Made by a program: the position numbers and the translations under genes. Below, one piece after another: positions 1 through 8,213 of a DNA stretch of 35,269 nt (position 1 is its first letter; every line of letters starts with the position of its first letter). The stretch spans positions 1 through 35,269 of IMG/VR virus record IMGVR_UViG_3300027813_000035, one strand, 5' to 3'. Source of the stretch: a virus (lineage: Duplodnaviria; Caudoviricetes). The notes under the pieces are model-generated. The model was not told the DNA's origin, made no database searches, and was given only the letters and a program-made list of their open reading frames with translations.

Positions 1-28
1 AGGCGAGAAAGTCAATGCTGCCTCGCCT
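1..28 (-). other. Hairpin downstream of hsp20 (possible terminator) with a -35-like TTGACT in its loop; context runs off the window edge
   Basis: AGGCGAG (1-7) pairs with CTCGCCT (22-28). Minus-strand CAGCATTGACTTT (20-8) is identical to the 13-mer around the -35 at 14108-14120. Confidence 0.45.
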
Positions 29-41
29 CTAGTCTTTTAAA

Positions 42-497
42 CTACTTAATTTTAATAGTTTTAGCCTTCTTGTGATCTGGAATAATTCTCTCCATAGATA
101 CACTTAATAGACCATCTTTCAGTTCAGCACCGTTGATTTCAACATCTTCAGCGATTGTGAAAGACTTTGTAAACATTCTTTTGGCTATACCTTTGTGTAG
201 CATACCCTCGTTTTCTTCAACCTCTTTAACATCATTGTCTTTAATAGACTTGATAGTTAAGACGCTGTTTTCAAACGATACATCTACATCTTTTTTACCG
301 TATCCAGCAAGTGCAACTTGTATATCATAGGTATTTGTACCTGTCTTTACAATATTGTATGGTGGATAGTTTTGAACATTAGCATTTAAGGTATCGTTTT
401 GATGGTCAAACATTGATTCAAAATGTGTGAACATATCATCAAATCCTACTGATAATGGTCTTAATTGGTTAAAGATTGAAATTGCTTTATTGGTCAT
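42..497 (-). CDS. hsp20: Small heat-shock protein (Hsp20/IbpA family), 151 aa
   Basis: Motifs NYPPYNI, VALAG, LHKGIAKRMF, AELKDGLL and C-terminal I-x-I. Start moved to ATG 497, which follows SD AAGGAG (508-503). Confidence 0.95.
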   Translation of the reverse strand: MTNKAISIFNQLRPLSVGFDDMFTHFESMFDHQNDTLNANVQNYPPYNIVKTGTNTYDIQVALAGYGKKDVDVSFENSVLTIKSIKDNDVKEVEENEGMLHKGIAKRMFTKSFTIAEDVEINGAELKDGLLSVSMERIIPDHKKAKTIKIK

Positions 498-498
498 T

Positions 499-549
499 TT
501 ATCTCCTTTGTTAAGCAAGTTAATTTATAGAACCCATTATGGCGTTCTA
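499..549 (-). promoter_or_regulatory. ROSE-like RNA thermometer in the hsp20 5' UTR
   Basis: CUUGCUU (519-513) pairs with SD AAGGAG (508-503) with a bulged G. A second hairpin lies upstream (549-528). Confidence 0.65.
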
Positions 550-553
550 CTGT

Positions 554-583
554 ATTATATAAGTACGATATTTTATTTGTCAA
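554..583 (-). promoter_or_regulatory. sigma70-type promoter for hsp20
   Basis: TTGACA (583-578), 18-nt spacer, TATAAT (559-554). Confidence 0.75.
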
Positions 584-587
584 CCCT

Positions 588-779
588 ACTTATAGAAATT
601 CACTAGGCTGAGGATCCCTACCAGTTCCCTAGTGAATATCTATAAGTGCTACTTTATTTTTATCGCTGTAAAGTAGCAAATCAGCGTTTTGCGACACCGA
701 CTAATTTCTTGGTCGGGTTTCTGCGTGAGGACTTACGAATAGCCCCAACATTATATATTTATCTTCACCAACGCAAAAC
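588..779. repeat. Cluster of inverted repeats; candidate structured ncRNA or DNA element
   Basis: 20-bp arms 588-607/628-647 (1 mismatch); 10-bp arms 647-656/669-678; GTTTTGCG 686-693 with CGCAAAAC 772-779, enclosing CCGAC/GTCGG (697-716) and a further small stem. Confidence 0.6.
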
Positions 780-787
780 TTTAAAAC

Positions 788-997
788 TTAATAACCTCTA
801 GTTCTCTCTAATTTCTTCTTATTTTTCTTAACATTAGCAATGTTTTCCTTCTTTTTTCTTCTCTTTTTTTCAGAAGGTTTTTCAAAAGATTGTCTTTCTC
901 TTAATTCTTTTACAAGACCTTCTTTCATAACCTTACGCTTTAACACACGCATAGCTTGTTCAACATTTCCGTTTCTTACATCTACTGTTATACTCAA
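788..997 (-). CDS. rpsU: 30S ribosomal protein bS21
   Basis: [16 protein letters not shown]...[19 protein letters not shown] is typical bS21. TTG start preceded by strong SD GAGGAGGT. Confidence 0.93.
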   Translation of the reverse strand: MSITVDVRNGNVEQAMRVLKRKVMKEGLVKELRERQSFEKPSEKKRRKKKENIANVKKNKKKLERTRGY

Positions 998-1015
998 TTT
1001 ATATACCTCCTCTCA

Positions 1016-1372
1016 TTATAATGGTATCATACAATCACTACAAGATAGCATTGCCTTTAATATTCCTGTTAATAATACTGTTGACAAAATAGCATTTAAA
1101 AATATCAATGCCCTATCGTGCCATAAAAATCCTACTACCAACCAACCCATTGTACCAGCAAAACTGAAATACAAATCGTATATGTGGTTGACATCTGCTG
1201 CCCTAAAGCATACTGCTATCATTAGCATTATACTTGCAATCCATTTTACATACCAAGATAGATCACCTTTAGGTGTAACTTTCTTAAAGACTCTTGTAGA
1301 GTTTAATTCTTTTATCTTATCATCTAATTTTTGATAAGGTCTATCAGCGTGGTTAAATTCTTCATCTTTCAT
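1016..1372 (-). CDS. Small integral membrane protein (about 3 TM segments), unknown function, 118 aa
   Basis: Hydrophobic segments after SWYVKW. Start moved to ATG 1372 (SD AGGAG; TAATG overlap with upstream stop). Confidence 0.75.
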   Translation of the reverse strand: MKDEEFNHADRPYQKLDDKIKELNSTRVFKKVTPKGDLSWYVKWIASIMLMIAVCFRAADVNHIYDLYFSFAGTMGWLVVGFLWHDRALIFLNAILSTVLLTGILKAMLSCSDCMIPL

Positions 1373-1620
1373 TATATTACTCCTGCCGATCCTAATAGTA
1401 TTAGTATTAACATACCTGGTACTACGATTGACATTGGCCAAAATTCTAAAAAATCTTTCCAACCAAAGTCTTGTTCTTTCTTTTGTTTCTTCACTTCTTT
1501 TTTTATCTCTCTCATTAAATTGTTAATTGGTTCACCTTTTTGAAAATTAGGAAACCCCATATTGTTTAACAAACCGACTTGATTGTAAACTGCCTGTATA
1601 GTTTTCTTCTTTAGTTCCAA
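1372..1620 (-). CDS. Hypothetical protein with C-terminal hydrophobic helix, 82 aa
   Basis: TTG at 1620 follows SD-like AAAGGGA. The longer track ORF would overlap the AAA gene. Confidence 0.6.
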   Translation of the reverse strand: MELKKKTIQAVYNQVGLLNNMGFPNFQKGEPINNLMREIKKEVKKQKKEQDFGWKDFLEFWPMSIVVPGMLILILLGSAGVI

Positions 1621-1677
1621 AGTGATAGTCCCTTTAAGGTCAGGCGCCCCTAAGGACGCCTTTCCTGGACTAACACT
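1621..1677 (-). promoter_or_regulatory. Long intergenic hairpin covering the ribosome-binding site of the 82-aa gene
   Basis: Arms 1621-1631/1667-1677 (1 mismatch) with inner GC-rich stem AGGCGUCC/GGGCGCCU on the minus strand. Confidence 0.55.
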
Positions 1678-1690
1678 ATGTTTGATAGAT

Positions 1691-2899
1691 TTAGATAACA
1701 TCAGTTTCATCAACCTCGTCATCTGACTCACTATCATTGTCTTCCATTTGAGAGTTTAATTCGGCCTTCTTCTGGTTCTCAATAATTGAGTCAGCTGAAG
1801 CGCCGGCATCCACTTTCGTGTACAACTCTACAAACGAATTTTTTGTATCATCATCAAATCTGTTGGTACACATTTGAATAGCCTTCATCTTATTATTAAA
1901 GATTGAATAAGCCTGGGTGATATGTACAAGTCTTCTTGTAGATATAATCTCGTCAACACCACCGTCAAAGTAGGTTTTTCTGATTACATCTGCCCAAGTA
2001 GTTAACTTGTCAATAAATTTAACATCTGATTTACCATAAGACTTTAAAGTATTATTCAAAATCTTTTTTTCAGTAGCAACAGACGGATACTTTTGTTCAA
2101 AAGTTACTGGAAATCTTTCAAGGAATGCCTCATTAAGAACATTAGTACCGATAAACTTACCGTCTTCGGATCCTTGACCTTTAGTATTTGCAGTAGCAAT
2201 AACATTGAAACCTTTTTTAGGTTGTACCCATTTGTTAATCTTCTTAACAAAGATACCTGAACCTTCAAGGACAGGTTGTAAACACATTATCTTATTACTT
2301 GCAAGGTCAATCTCGTCAAGTAAAAGAACAGCGCCTCTTTCCATTGCCTCAATGATCGGACCATTTGCCCATACTGTATGGCCATCTTTAAGTCTGAAAC
2401 CACCAAGTAAATCGTCCTCATCTGTTTCAATAGTTATGTTAACTCTTATCAATTCTTTTTTCAGATCAGCACACGCCTGGGTTACAGACATTGTTTTACC
2501 GTTACCTGAAAGACCTGTAAGAAATACAGGATAGAATTTATCAGATTTTATAATTGATTTTACATCTGGATAGTTACCGAAACTTACAAAGTTTTTATCC
2601 TTAGCAGGAACAACATTGTCTGTTAGGGTAGATACGATATACGCCGCCTCTTTATTAATGGTAGGTTTAACAACCGTTTCCATTGTAGTAGGTTTTGAAA
2701 CATCTGTATCTGAACCAGATGGAATTTTATAAATCCCTTGTTTTATTTTAAGGTTTTTATCAGCAACTAACCATTGTGGAAAAGCAACCTTATGTTTCTT
2801 TTCAACTTCAACTAGTTGTTTTCTTGTGATCTCTTTAATATCACCAAACTCTTTGTAGCATAGTTCTACAAATTGTCTTTGTTTTTCATTTAATAGCAT
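1691..2899 (-). CDS. MoxR/CobS-like AAA+ ATPase
   Basis: Walker A GLSGNGKT, Walker B LLLDEID, ATANTKG and NEAFLERF. Matches the 'CobS' family of marine T4-like phages. Confidence 0.9.
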   Translation of the reverse strand: MLLNEKQRQFVELCYKEFGDIKEITRKQLVEVEKKHKVAFPQWLVADKNLKIKQGIYKIPSGSDTDVSKPTTMETVVKPTINKEAAYIVSTLTDNVVPAKDKNFVSFGNYPDVKSIIKSDKFYPVFLTGLSGNGKTMSVTQACADLKKELIRVNITIETDEDDLLGGFRLKDGHTVWANGPIIEAMERGAVLLLDEIDLASNKIMCLQPVLEGSGIFVKKINKWVQPKKGFNVIATANTKGQGSEDGKFIGTNVLNEAFLERFPVTFEQKYPSVATEKKILNNTLKSYGKSDVKFIDKLTTWADVIRKTYFDGGVDEIISTRRLVHITQAYSIFNNKMKAIQMCTNRFDDDTKNSFVELYTKVDAGASADSIIENQKKAELNSQMEDNDSESDDEVDETDVI

Positions 2900-2932
2900 T
2901 TATTAGTCCTTTCATTTATTAAATATACATAT

Positions 2933-2961
2933 AGGCTATCACGTTTTGGGTCAAATGTCAA
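2933..2961 (-). promoter_or_regulatory. sigma70-type (early) promoter for the AAA+ gene
   Basis: TTGACA (2961-2956), 17-nt spacer, extended -10 TGaTAGCCT (hexamer 2938-2933). Confidence 0.65.
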
Positions 2962-2990
2962 GCGTTTATAACCGTTGATTTTACTCATTA

Positions 2991-5279
2991 TTAAGCGACC
3001 TTCTCAATAAATTTGTTTAAAAGCACTCTGGAAGTGATTCTTCCTTTCATACTCTTACTGAATAATTGTTTGATTCTACCTGTCTTCATATCACTACTTA
3101 CAGTTGAAAGATCAGTATTCTCAACTTTCATATCTTTAGCGTTAACAATATAGTAATCATCATAACCTGATTGAGCAACAGCACATACCTTCTCTTTATT
3201 AAATTGAGTTCTATTCTTTTGGAATACACCTTCTCTTTTATCCCACGATACAGACATATCCTGAGGTCTAAAGTAATGTTCAGTTTCAAATCTTCTTATT
3301 CTTTTTATCAAATAGAAACCGATAGTTGTAATGCCGTGATATTTTCTTAACATATTTAATATAGTACCTGTAAATCCAGTTGATCTATAACCATAAAGTT
3401 CATCTTTTACTTCGTGGTTTTTCTTCTTATAGATAAAGACATCTGTATTACCTCTATTGTTTGGATACTCACCTGTTATTTTATTTGATTTTGGATCAAT
3501 TTTCATTGTATCTGAACAACCGTAATTACCGCCACCATCAGTTAAGGTAATTAAATTCATTTTTTCTATACCGTATTTTGTTTTAAATAAAGGTACTAGT
3601 TTTAACATAATAATTAATGCCTCATTTAAAGGTGTTGAACCTAAGTAATACTCACTAGGTATACTTACTGATTCTGGTGGTCTATCAAGAGCATTGAAAT
3701 TACTTCTCCAAGTATATCTAGTTTCATAATGTAGTGCTAAGTGATATAGATACATTAAAGACTCATCTAATTTTTGTTTTTTAAGTTTATGACTTGCAAC
3801 ATTAACTAGTTTGATTTTATCAATACCCATATCGCCAGGTTTGTATTTGAAACCTTTTGACATCTTATTACTTCTAGTATAATCAACACCGTCATATCTA
3901 TCCATTTCACTAGAAAAGAAATATAACTCAAAAGGTATATTTGTTTTTTGACAAAAATATACTAATTGGATTGTTTGTTGAACAGTTTTAAAAATAGTAT
4001 CAGACATAGAACCTGACCAATCAAGCAACATCATCATACCGTGATTTTTAGCGTCTGGTGATACTGTTAATCTTTTGAATATATCTTCGTTGAATTTATA
4101 ACTATGTAATTTAAGAGGATCAATTGTACCTGTTTTATGTGTACTTGATCTTTTATAGGCAGTAGCAGCCTTTTTCATTTCAAACTCTTTAACTAGATAC
4201 ATAATAGTCTTTTTAGAATCGTTAGTAAACTTTTTATATTCTTTGTTAAGATATGGTAAATAGTTTCTAGCAGTAATAGCGTCTTTTCTAAAAGACAATT
4301 TCATATCTTTAATAAAGTTCTCATTGGAATGAATTACTTTATTTAAAATTGGTTCTGGTATTGATCTGTAATAATAACTTTTTGATTGATCTAATAGTTT
4401 TTCTTTGTGACCTTCAAACCAGTTGTTAGTAATAGAAGTAAGTTTACCGTCACCACCTGAACCGACAGCACCACCGGCACTACCGTCTTCATCTTTAGCA
4501 GACTTATCACTTACAGCAGGTTTATCTTGGTCTGATTCTGACTCTTCTTTACCTTCTTTTGATTCTTGTTTATCTTTACCTTCTTCATTTGAATTTTCAC
4601 CGTCTTTGTCTTTGTCGTCAATGTCTTTACTATCTAATGAATCTTTTTGTGAGTCATTAAGATCATAGTTTTCAACTAAAATGTGATCGTCAAAATCAGG
4701 TAACTTTTTAAGTTTTTTTACTTCTTTTTTTTGCCACTCTAATAATAGTTTAGCAAGATTAACTACATCTTTAAAAGTTTTCATTGCGTCAACTTTTTTC
4801 AACCATACTTTATCTAATGTACTAAAGTTAAATTGTAATTTTTTTGAAGACTTATAAAAGATATTAATTTTGTCAATTAACATTAAGTCTAAATCATAAT
4901 CTTTGTCTTTTAAACCAAAGAAGTTTTGTCTGTTAAGTATTTCAAAACCATTTAAATAGTTGTTAACAACACCTGGATATTTCTTTTGAATCTTCTTATC
5001 TATTCTGCAATCTTCTAATACATTAACATATGATCTTAACTCATCATCATCTGAAACTTTTTTCCAACCATCAGTTGGCGTAAATAATGCGTGGGCACAC
5101 TCGTGTGCTACTAACATATCTGTTACATCTTTTGAATCTGTTTTGAATATCGGTAATGTAAGTATTCTGTTTACTACATCAAACGAAGCGGTTTTAACAT
5201 TATTTTGTTGTACTGTAATGTTTTCAGTAGCAATTAGTTTTGCAAGTTGTGATTTTGTATCAATATTAAGTGTGTCCAT
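2991..5279 (-). CDS. Metallopeptidase-like + VWA (CobT-like) domain protein, likely partner of the AAA+ ATPase
   Basis: N-terminal HECAH (HExxH) followed by NVLEDCRI, an acidic D/E/K/S linker, then MIDAS motif LLDWSGS, STPL and LTDG. Confidence 0.85.
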   Translation of the reverse strand: MDTLNIDTKSQLAKLIATENITVQQNNVKTASFDVVNRILTLPIFKTDSKDVTDMLVAHECAHALFTPTDGWKKVSDDDELRSYVNVLEDCRIDKKIQKKYPGVVNNYLNGFEILNRQNFFGLKDKDYDLDLMLIDKINIFYKSSKKLQFNFSTLDKVWLKKVDAMKTFKDVVNLAKLLLEWQKKEVKKLKKLPDFDDHILVENYDLNDSQKDSLDSKDIDDKDKDGENSNEEGKDKQESKEGKEESESDQDKPAVSDKSAKDEDGSAGGAVGSGGDGKLTSITNNWFEGHKEKLLDQSKSYYYRSIPEPILNKVIHSNENFIKDMKLSFRKDAITARNYLPYLNKEYKKFTNDSKKTIMYLVKEFEMKKAATAYKRSSTHKTGTIDPLKLHSYKFNEDIFKRLTVSPDAKNHGMMMLLDWSGSMSDTIFKTVQQTIQLVYFCQKTNIPFELYFFSSEMDRYDGVDYTRSNKMSKGFKYKPGDMGIDKIKLVNVASHKLKKQKLDESLMYLYHLALHYETRYTWRSNFNALDRPPESVSIPSEYYLGSTPLNEALIIMLKLVPLFKTKYGIEKMNLITLTDGGGNYGCSDTMKIDPKSNKITGEYPNNRGNTDVFIYKKKNHEVKDELYGYRSTGFTGTILNMLRKYHGITTIGFYLIKRIRRFETEHYFRPQDMSVSWDKREGVFQKNRTQFNKEKVCAVAQSGYDDYYIVNAKDMKVENTDLSTVSSDMKTGRIKQLFSKSMKGRITSRVLLNKFIEKVA

Positions 5280-5285
5280 TCTCTA

Positions 5286-5314
5286 ATGGTATCAGCTTTT
5301 AACCCAAAAGTCAA
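5286..5314 (-). promoter_or_regulatory. sigma70-type (early) promoter, probably giving a leaderless mRNA
   Basis: TTGACT (5314-5309), 17-nt spacer, TGaTACCAT (hexamer 5291-5286), then 6 nt to ATG 5279. Confidence 0.7.
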
Positions 5315-5355
5315 GCCGTATTATTGATCGTTTTACAAGGATTTAGGGATTGTTT

Positions 5356-5370
5356 GTTCTTGCTTTGTTC
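5356..5370. promoter_or_regulatory. Alphaproteobacterial LexA-box-like site GTTC-N7-GTTC
   Basis: GTTC TTGCTTT GTTC in intergenic DNA about 40 bp upstream of the -35 at 5314. Confidence 0.35.
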
Positions 5371-6450
5371 TCATTTAGTGAAAATAAACACAGGTTCAAA
5401 CTTTCTACCTGGGAGATTCGGTCTTTCAAACTTACCTAGATAACGATTCTCTTGTTTCTTTTCTTCTATCTCGCCATCTAAATTAACACTTGCTGATCCA
5501 CCTTGTTGTGTAGATAGTGATAACCACCAAGTATCTGTATGTTCAAACCCAACATCTAGTCCTAGTTGTACCGTATCTTCTTCAAAGGTTTTGTACTGTT
5601 TTGTATTAGCAACATTCAATGCAAGTTTCTTACCTTTTTTCAAACCTTTAAATGCGTTAGCAATAGTCTGTTTTAAAAATTTCTCTTTCCATACTTCGCT
5701 AGTATCAAATTTAATACTAGATTGTTCTGGTTCATCACCATATGCTTCCCAACCAAAGTAAGGTGGACTTGTAAATACAAAGTCTAAACTCTCATCTTCA
5801 GGTATATAAGTTTCACTACCTTGTCTTAATAGTGTATATGATTTATGATCGTGTCCATACTTATCTCTTATTTGTTCTAGTCCATTGTATGTTGGAATAC
5901 AAGGATCAGTACCTATGTAATTAACACCGGCTGCGATTGCACCTAATAGTCTACCACCATAACCCATACTAGGATCCCATACTGTACCAGCAGATGTGCC
6001 TTCTAGTGGACTATCTTTTTCTACAAAGATGTCGTATAAAGCAGCTGCAGCTGTAGGTCTAAAGTTAGATACCATTTGAGTGCCAGAGTATCTTCTTAGC
6101 ATTGATCTCATATCTGAATCTGTTATATCGTGTGCAGGTTTCTTTTTAAAGAAAGTACCAGTAAGTATCTTGTTAATACCTTTACTTAAATGTTCTTCGT
6201 CATTCCATACTTCCATAGGTGTCTTCATCTTACCACACTTAATACCCCAAGCGTGTTCCATAAAAGACCACGCAAGGTTTAGTCCGTGAATTGATTGACC
6301 TATAACTTTGTTTTTGTGATCTACCATAGTATCTCGTCTAAATGCTAACAACATATTATAGATGTTGTTTCGCCACTTCTCATCTTTAGGGTAATAGGGA
6401 AACCCTTTAGACTTTATTAGATCGTGTGTTTCTTTTAGTAGATCACTCAT
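5371..6450 (-). CDS. Amino-type DNA methyltransferase (N4-cytosine or N6-adenine), 359 aa
   Basis: SAM-binding motif I WDPSMGYGGR precedes catalytic motif IV FTSPPYF. Start moved to ATG 6450, just after the upstream stop. Confidence 0.85.
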   Translation of the reverse strand: MSDLLKETHDLIKSKGFPYYPKDEKWRNNIYNMLLAFRRDTMVDHKNKVIGQSIHGLNLAWSFMEHAWGIKCGKMKTPMEVWNDEEHLSKGINKILTGTFFKKKPAHDITDSDMRSMLRRYSGTQMVSNFRPTAAAALYDIFVEKDSPLEGTSAGTVWDPSMGYGGRLLGAIAAGVNYIGTDPCIPTYNGLEQIRDKYGHDHKSYTLLRQGSETYIPEDESLDFVFTSPPYFGWEAYGDEPEQSSIKFDTSEVWKEKFLKQTIANAFKGLKKGKKLALNVANTKQYKTFEEDTVQLGLDVGFEHTDTWWLSLSTQQGGSASVNLDGEIEEKKQENRYLGKFERPNLPGRKFEPVFIFTK

Positions 6451-6454
6451 ACAA

Positions 6455-7216
6455 TTAATATTGCCAACCTGGCATTGCTTGTTTAGGTGGTTTTGCCTGA
6501 CTAGGCATTTCTGGTCTATTGAAATAACAATTACCTGATACACTAATTCTTTCTTGTGTTTTATCATAGAAAGGATTTACTCTATGTCTTAACTGTGCAG
6601 GAAATATCCATAAACCATCTAGTTCAGGAAGATACTTGTATGTATGTTGTGCCCAATCACCATTTGTTCCTTCTCCATAATGAAATCCAATAGAGCCTGG
6701 CCCAAGACCATTCCCTTTAAAATCTTCGTGTTCTTTTAACATATTAGGTACTTTTAAATACGCAACCCAGGTTAACTGTCCTGTGTGTGTATGTTCAGGA
6801 TTAAATTCTCCACCTTTCATATAGTTAATCCATAGATCAATTAAAGTAAATGATGTAGAGTGATTTTTATTATCAAATTCTTGTCCGTCAAACTGTGCTT
6901 TGCCTCGTACATATTCTTCCATATAAGGTTGAAATTTCTTTACAAACCATTCTTTGTCTTCGTCTGTATAAACTCTTTGATCTCCTAATAGACCTACAAG
7001 TCTGTCATTAGCACTTCCTGGTTTTAATTCTTTACCTTTTTTTAATAGTCCTTCTCTTAAACTTTGAGGTATTTTAAAGTAAGCAACAAAAGGTCCAAAG
7101 TTTAGATTACCTTTTATTAATGCTTCATCTTCTACTTGATTTACAGGTTGATCTGGTTCAAACTGTTGTTTATTTTGGTGCAATGATTTTAACAATGCGT
7201 CTTTATTAGTTACCAT
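6455..7216 (-). CDS. Putative 2OG-Fe(II) oxygenase
   Basis: WINYM...FNPEHTH...IFPAQLRHRV...RISVSGN (HxH...H...RxS pattern). Confidence 0.85.
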   Translation of the reverse strand: MVTNKDALLKSLHQNKQQFEPDQPVNQVEDEALIKGNLNFGPFVAYFKIPQSLREGLLKKGKELKPGSANDRLVGLLGDQRVYTDEDKEWFVKKFQPYMEEYVRGKAQFDGQEFDNKNHSTSFTLIDLWINYMKGGEFNPEHTHTGQLTWVAYLKVPNMLKEHEDFKGNGLGPGSIGFHYGEGTNGDWAQHTYKYLPELDGLWIFPAQLRHRVNPFYDKTQERISVSGNCYFNRPEMPSQAKPPKQAMPGWQY

Positions 7217-7217
7217 T

Positions 7218-8213
7218 TTATTCTCCTATTATTTTGAATAATGTAGACTCAAAGGTATCATAAATTTCGTCTTTTGTCAATAGTGATTGCTTATAGTTGT
7301 TGTGGATTTCTTCAAATTTACTGTTATAATCAGTATTCATCATCTTATCACACAACTCCTCAGCACTTTCTACTCTTTGCCAATCGTCTTTTACGAGTAT
7401 TCCTGTCGAATCATAATCTTTGTAAACCATAGGTATAATGCCACTTGCAAGTGCTTCGTGGTATCTACTTGTGGTTGCTTTGTTATCTTTCCAATTAAAA
7501 CATAATGTATATTTTGATTGGTTTAATATAGGTAATATGTTTCTCATACTGTCTGGTTTCATATCTCTTTTGACAGTAGAAAATCTACCTATAAATCTTG
7601 TATAAAATCTACCCATACCATTTTGTATTTCTTTTAATACTTCGTGTCTTTTATCTCCACTAACCACACCACCTACATCTCGTCTTTTTTCTGTTCCCCA
7701 ATAAGAAAAGAGATAAGGTCTCTTATCATTCTCTGGTAGTTCTTCTTTAATAAAATGATACTTCAATTGATGTATGTTTCCTGGTATATCTGTTTCATCT
7801 AATATAGATACTTTACGAATAGGGTTATCTTTAAATGTATAATTTCTATATAAGTTTTCATCATCTCCTCTATCTGATCTGAATATAATAATATGTTTAT
7901 CTTTTAAATCTTTAAAGTGTTCTTTGATTGCAGTATTAGATTTCTCTAAATTTTTAGGATCAATGTAGTTAGGTATATGGTAATGAAATTCATTCTCACT
8001 AGGTATAATAATTATATCACTATCAGGTACATCATCTGCTTTTCTTCTATGTGCTTTATCATAACCAAAGTTATATACGCCATAGTTAAATTCTGTATTC
8101 TTAACTTGAAATCTTTTTAATAGATAACAAAATGAATCTATAATATGATCTAGTGGTCTTTTATAATTAACACCACTTCTTAATCTAGCAATTGTTATCT
8201 TCCTACATTCCAA
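7218..8213 (-). CDS. GT-B glycosyltransferase resembling T4 DNA beta-glucosyltransferase, about 331 aa
   Basis: By recall of T4 BGT: KITIAR ~ KIAIIN; IIIFRSD ~ IYYLFTD (catalytic Asp); FSYWGTEKR ~ VIYGGSFR; TSRYHEALAS...KDYD...VESAEELCDK ~ TLRVWETMAS...EEFD...VNNRAELIDR. TTG start at 8213 has SD AAAGGA 8 nt upstream. Confidence 0.7.
   Translation of the reverse strand: MECRKITIARLRSGVNYKRPLDHIIDSFCYLLKRFQVKNTEFNYGVYNFGYDKAHRRKADDVPDSDIIIIPSENEFHYHIPNYIDPKNLEKSNTAIKEHFKDLKDKHIIIFRSDRGDDENLYRNYTFKDNPIRKVSILDETDIPGNIHQLKYHFIKEELPENDKRPYLFSYWGTEKRRDVGGVVSGDKRHEVLKEIQNGMGRFYTRFIGRFSTVKRDMKPDSMRNILPILNQSKYTLCFNWKDNKATTSRYHEALASGIIPMVYKDYDSTGILVKDDWQRVESAEELCDKMMNTDYNSKFEEIHNNYKQSLLTKDEIYDTFESTLFKIIGE

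Noticed and set aside
608-614. CTGAGGA resembling the hammerhead ribozyme CUGANGA core
   Set aside because: No stem II followed by GAAA and no suitably placed cleavage triplet.
720-750. GGGGCT start suggesting tmRNA or tRNA-Ala on the minus strand
   Set aside because: No T-loop (GTTCRA), matching acceptor 3' strand or CCA end could be found.
1691-5279. Cobalamin biosynthesis genes cobS/cobT as metabolic auxiliary genes
   Set aside because: Only generic AAA+ and VWA motifs are visible, with no cobN or other cob genes in the window.
5371-6450. Restriction-modification system around the methyltransferase
   Set aside because: No adjacent gene with a recognisable restriction-endonuclease motif.
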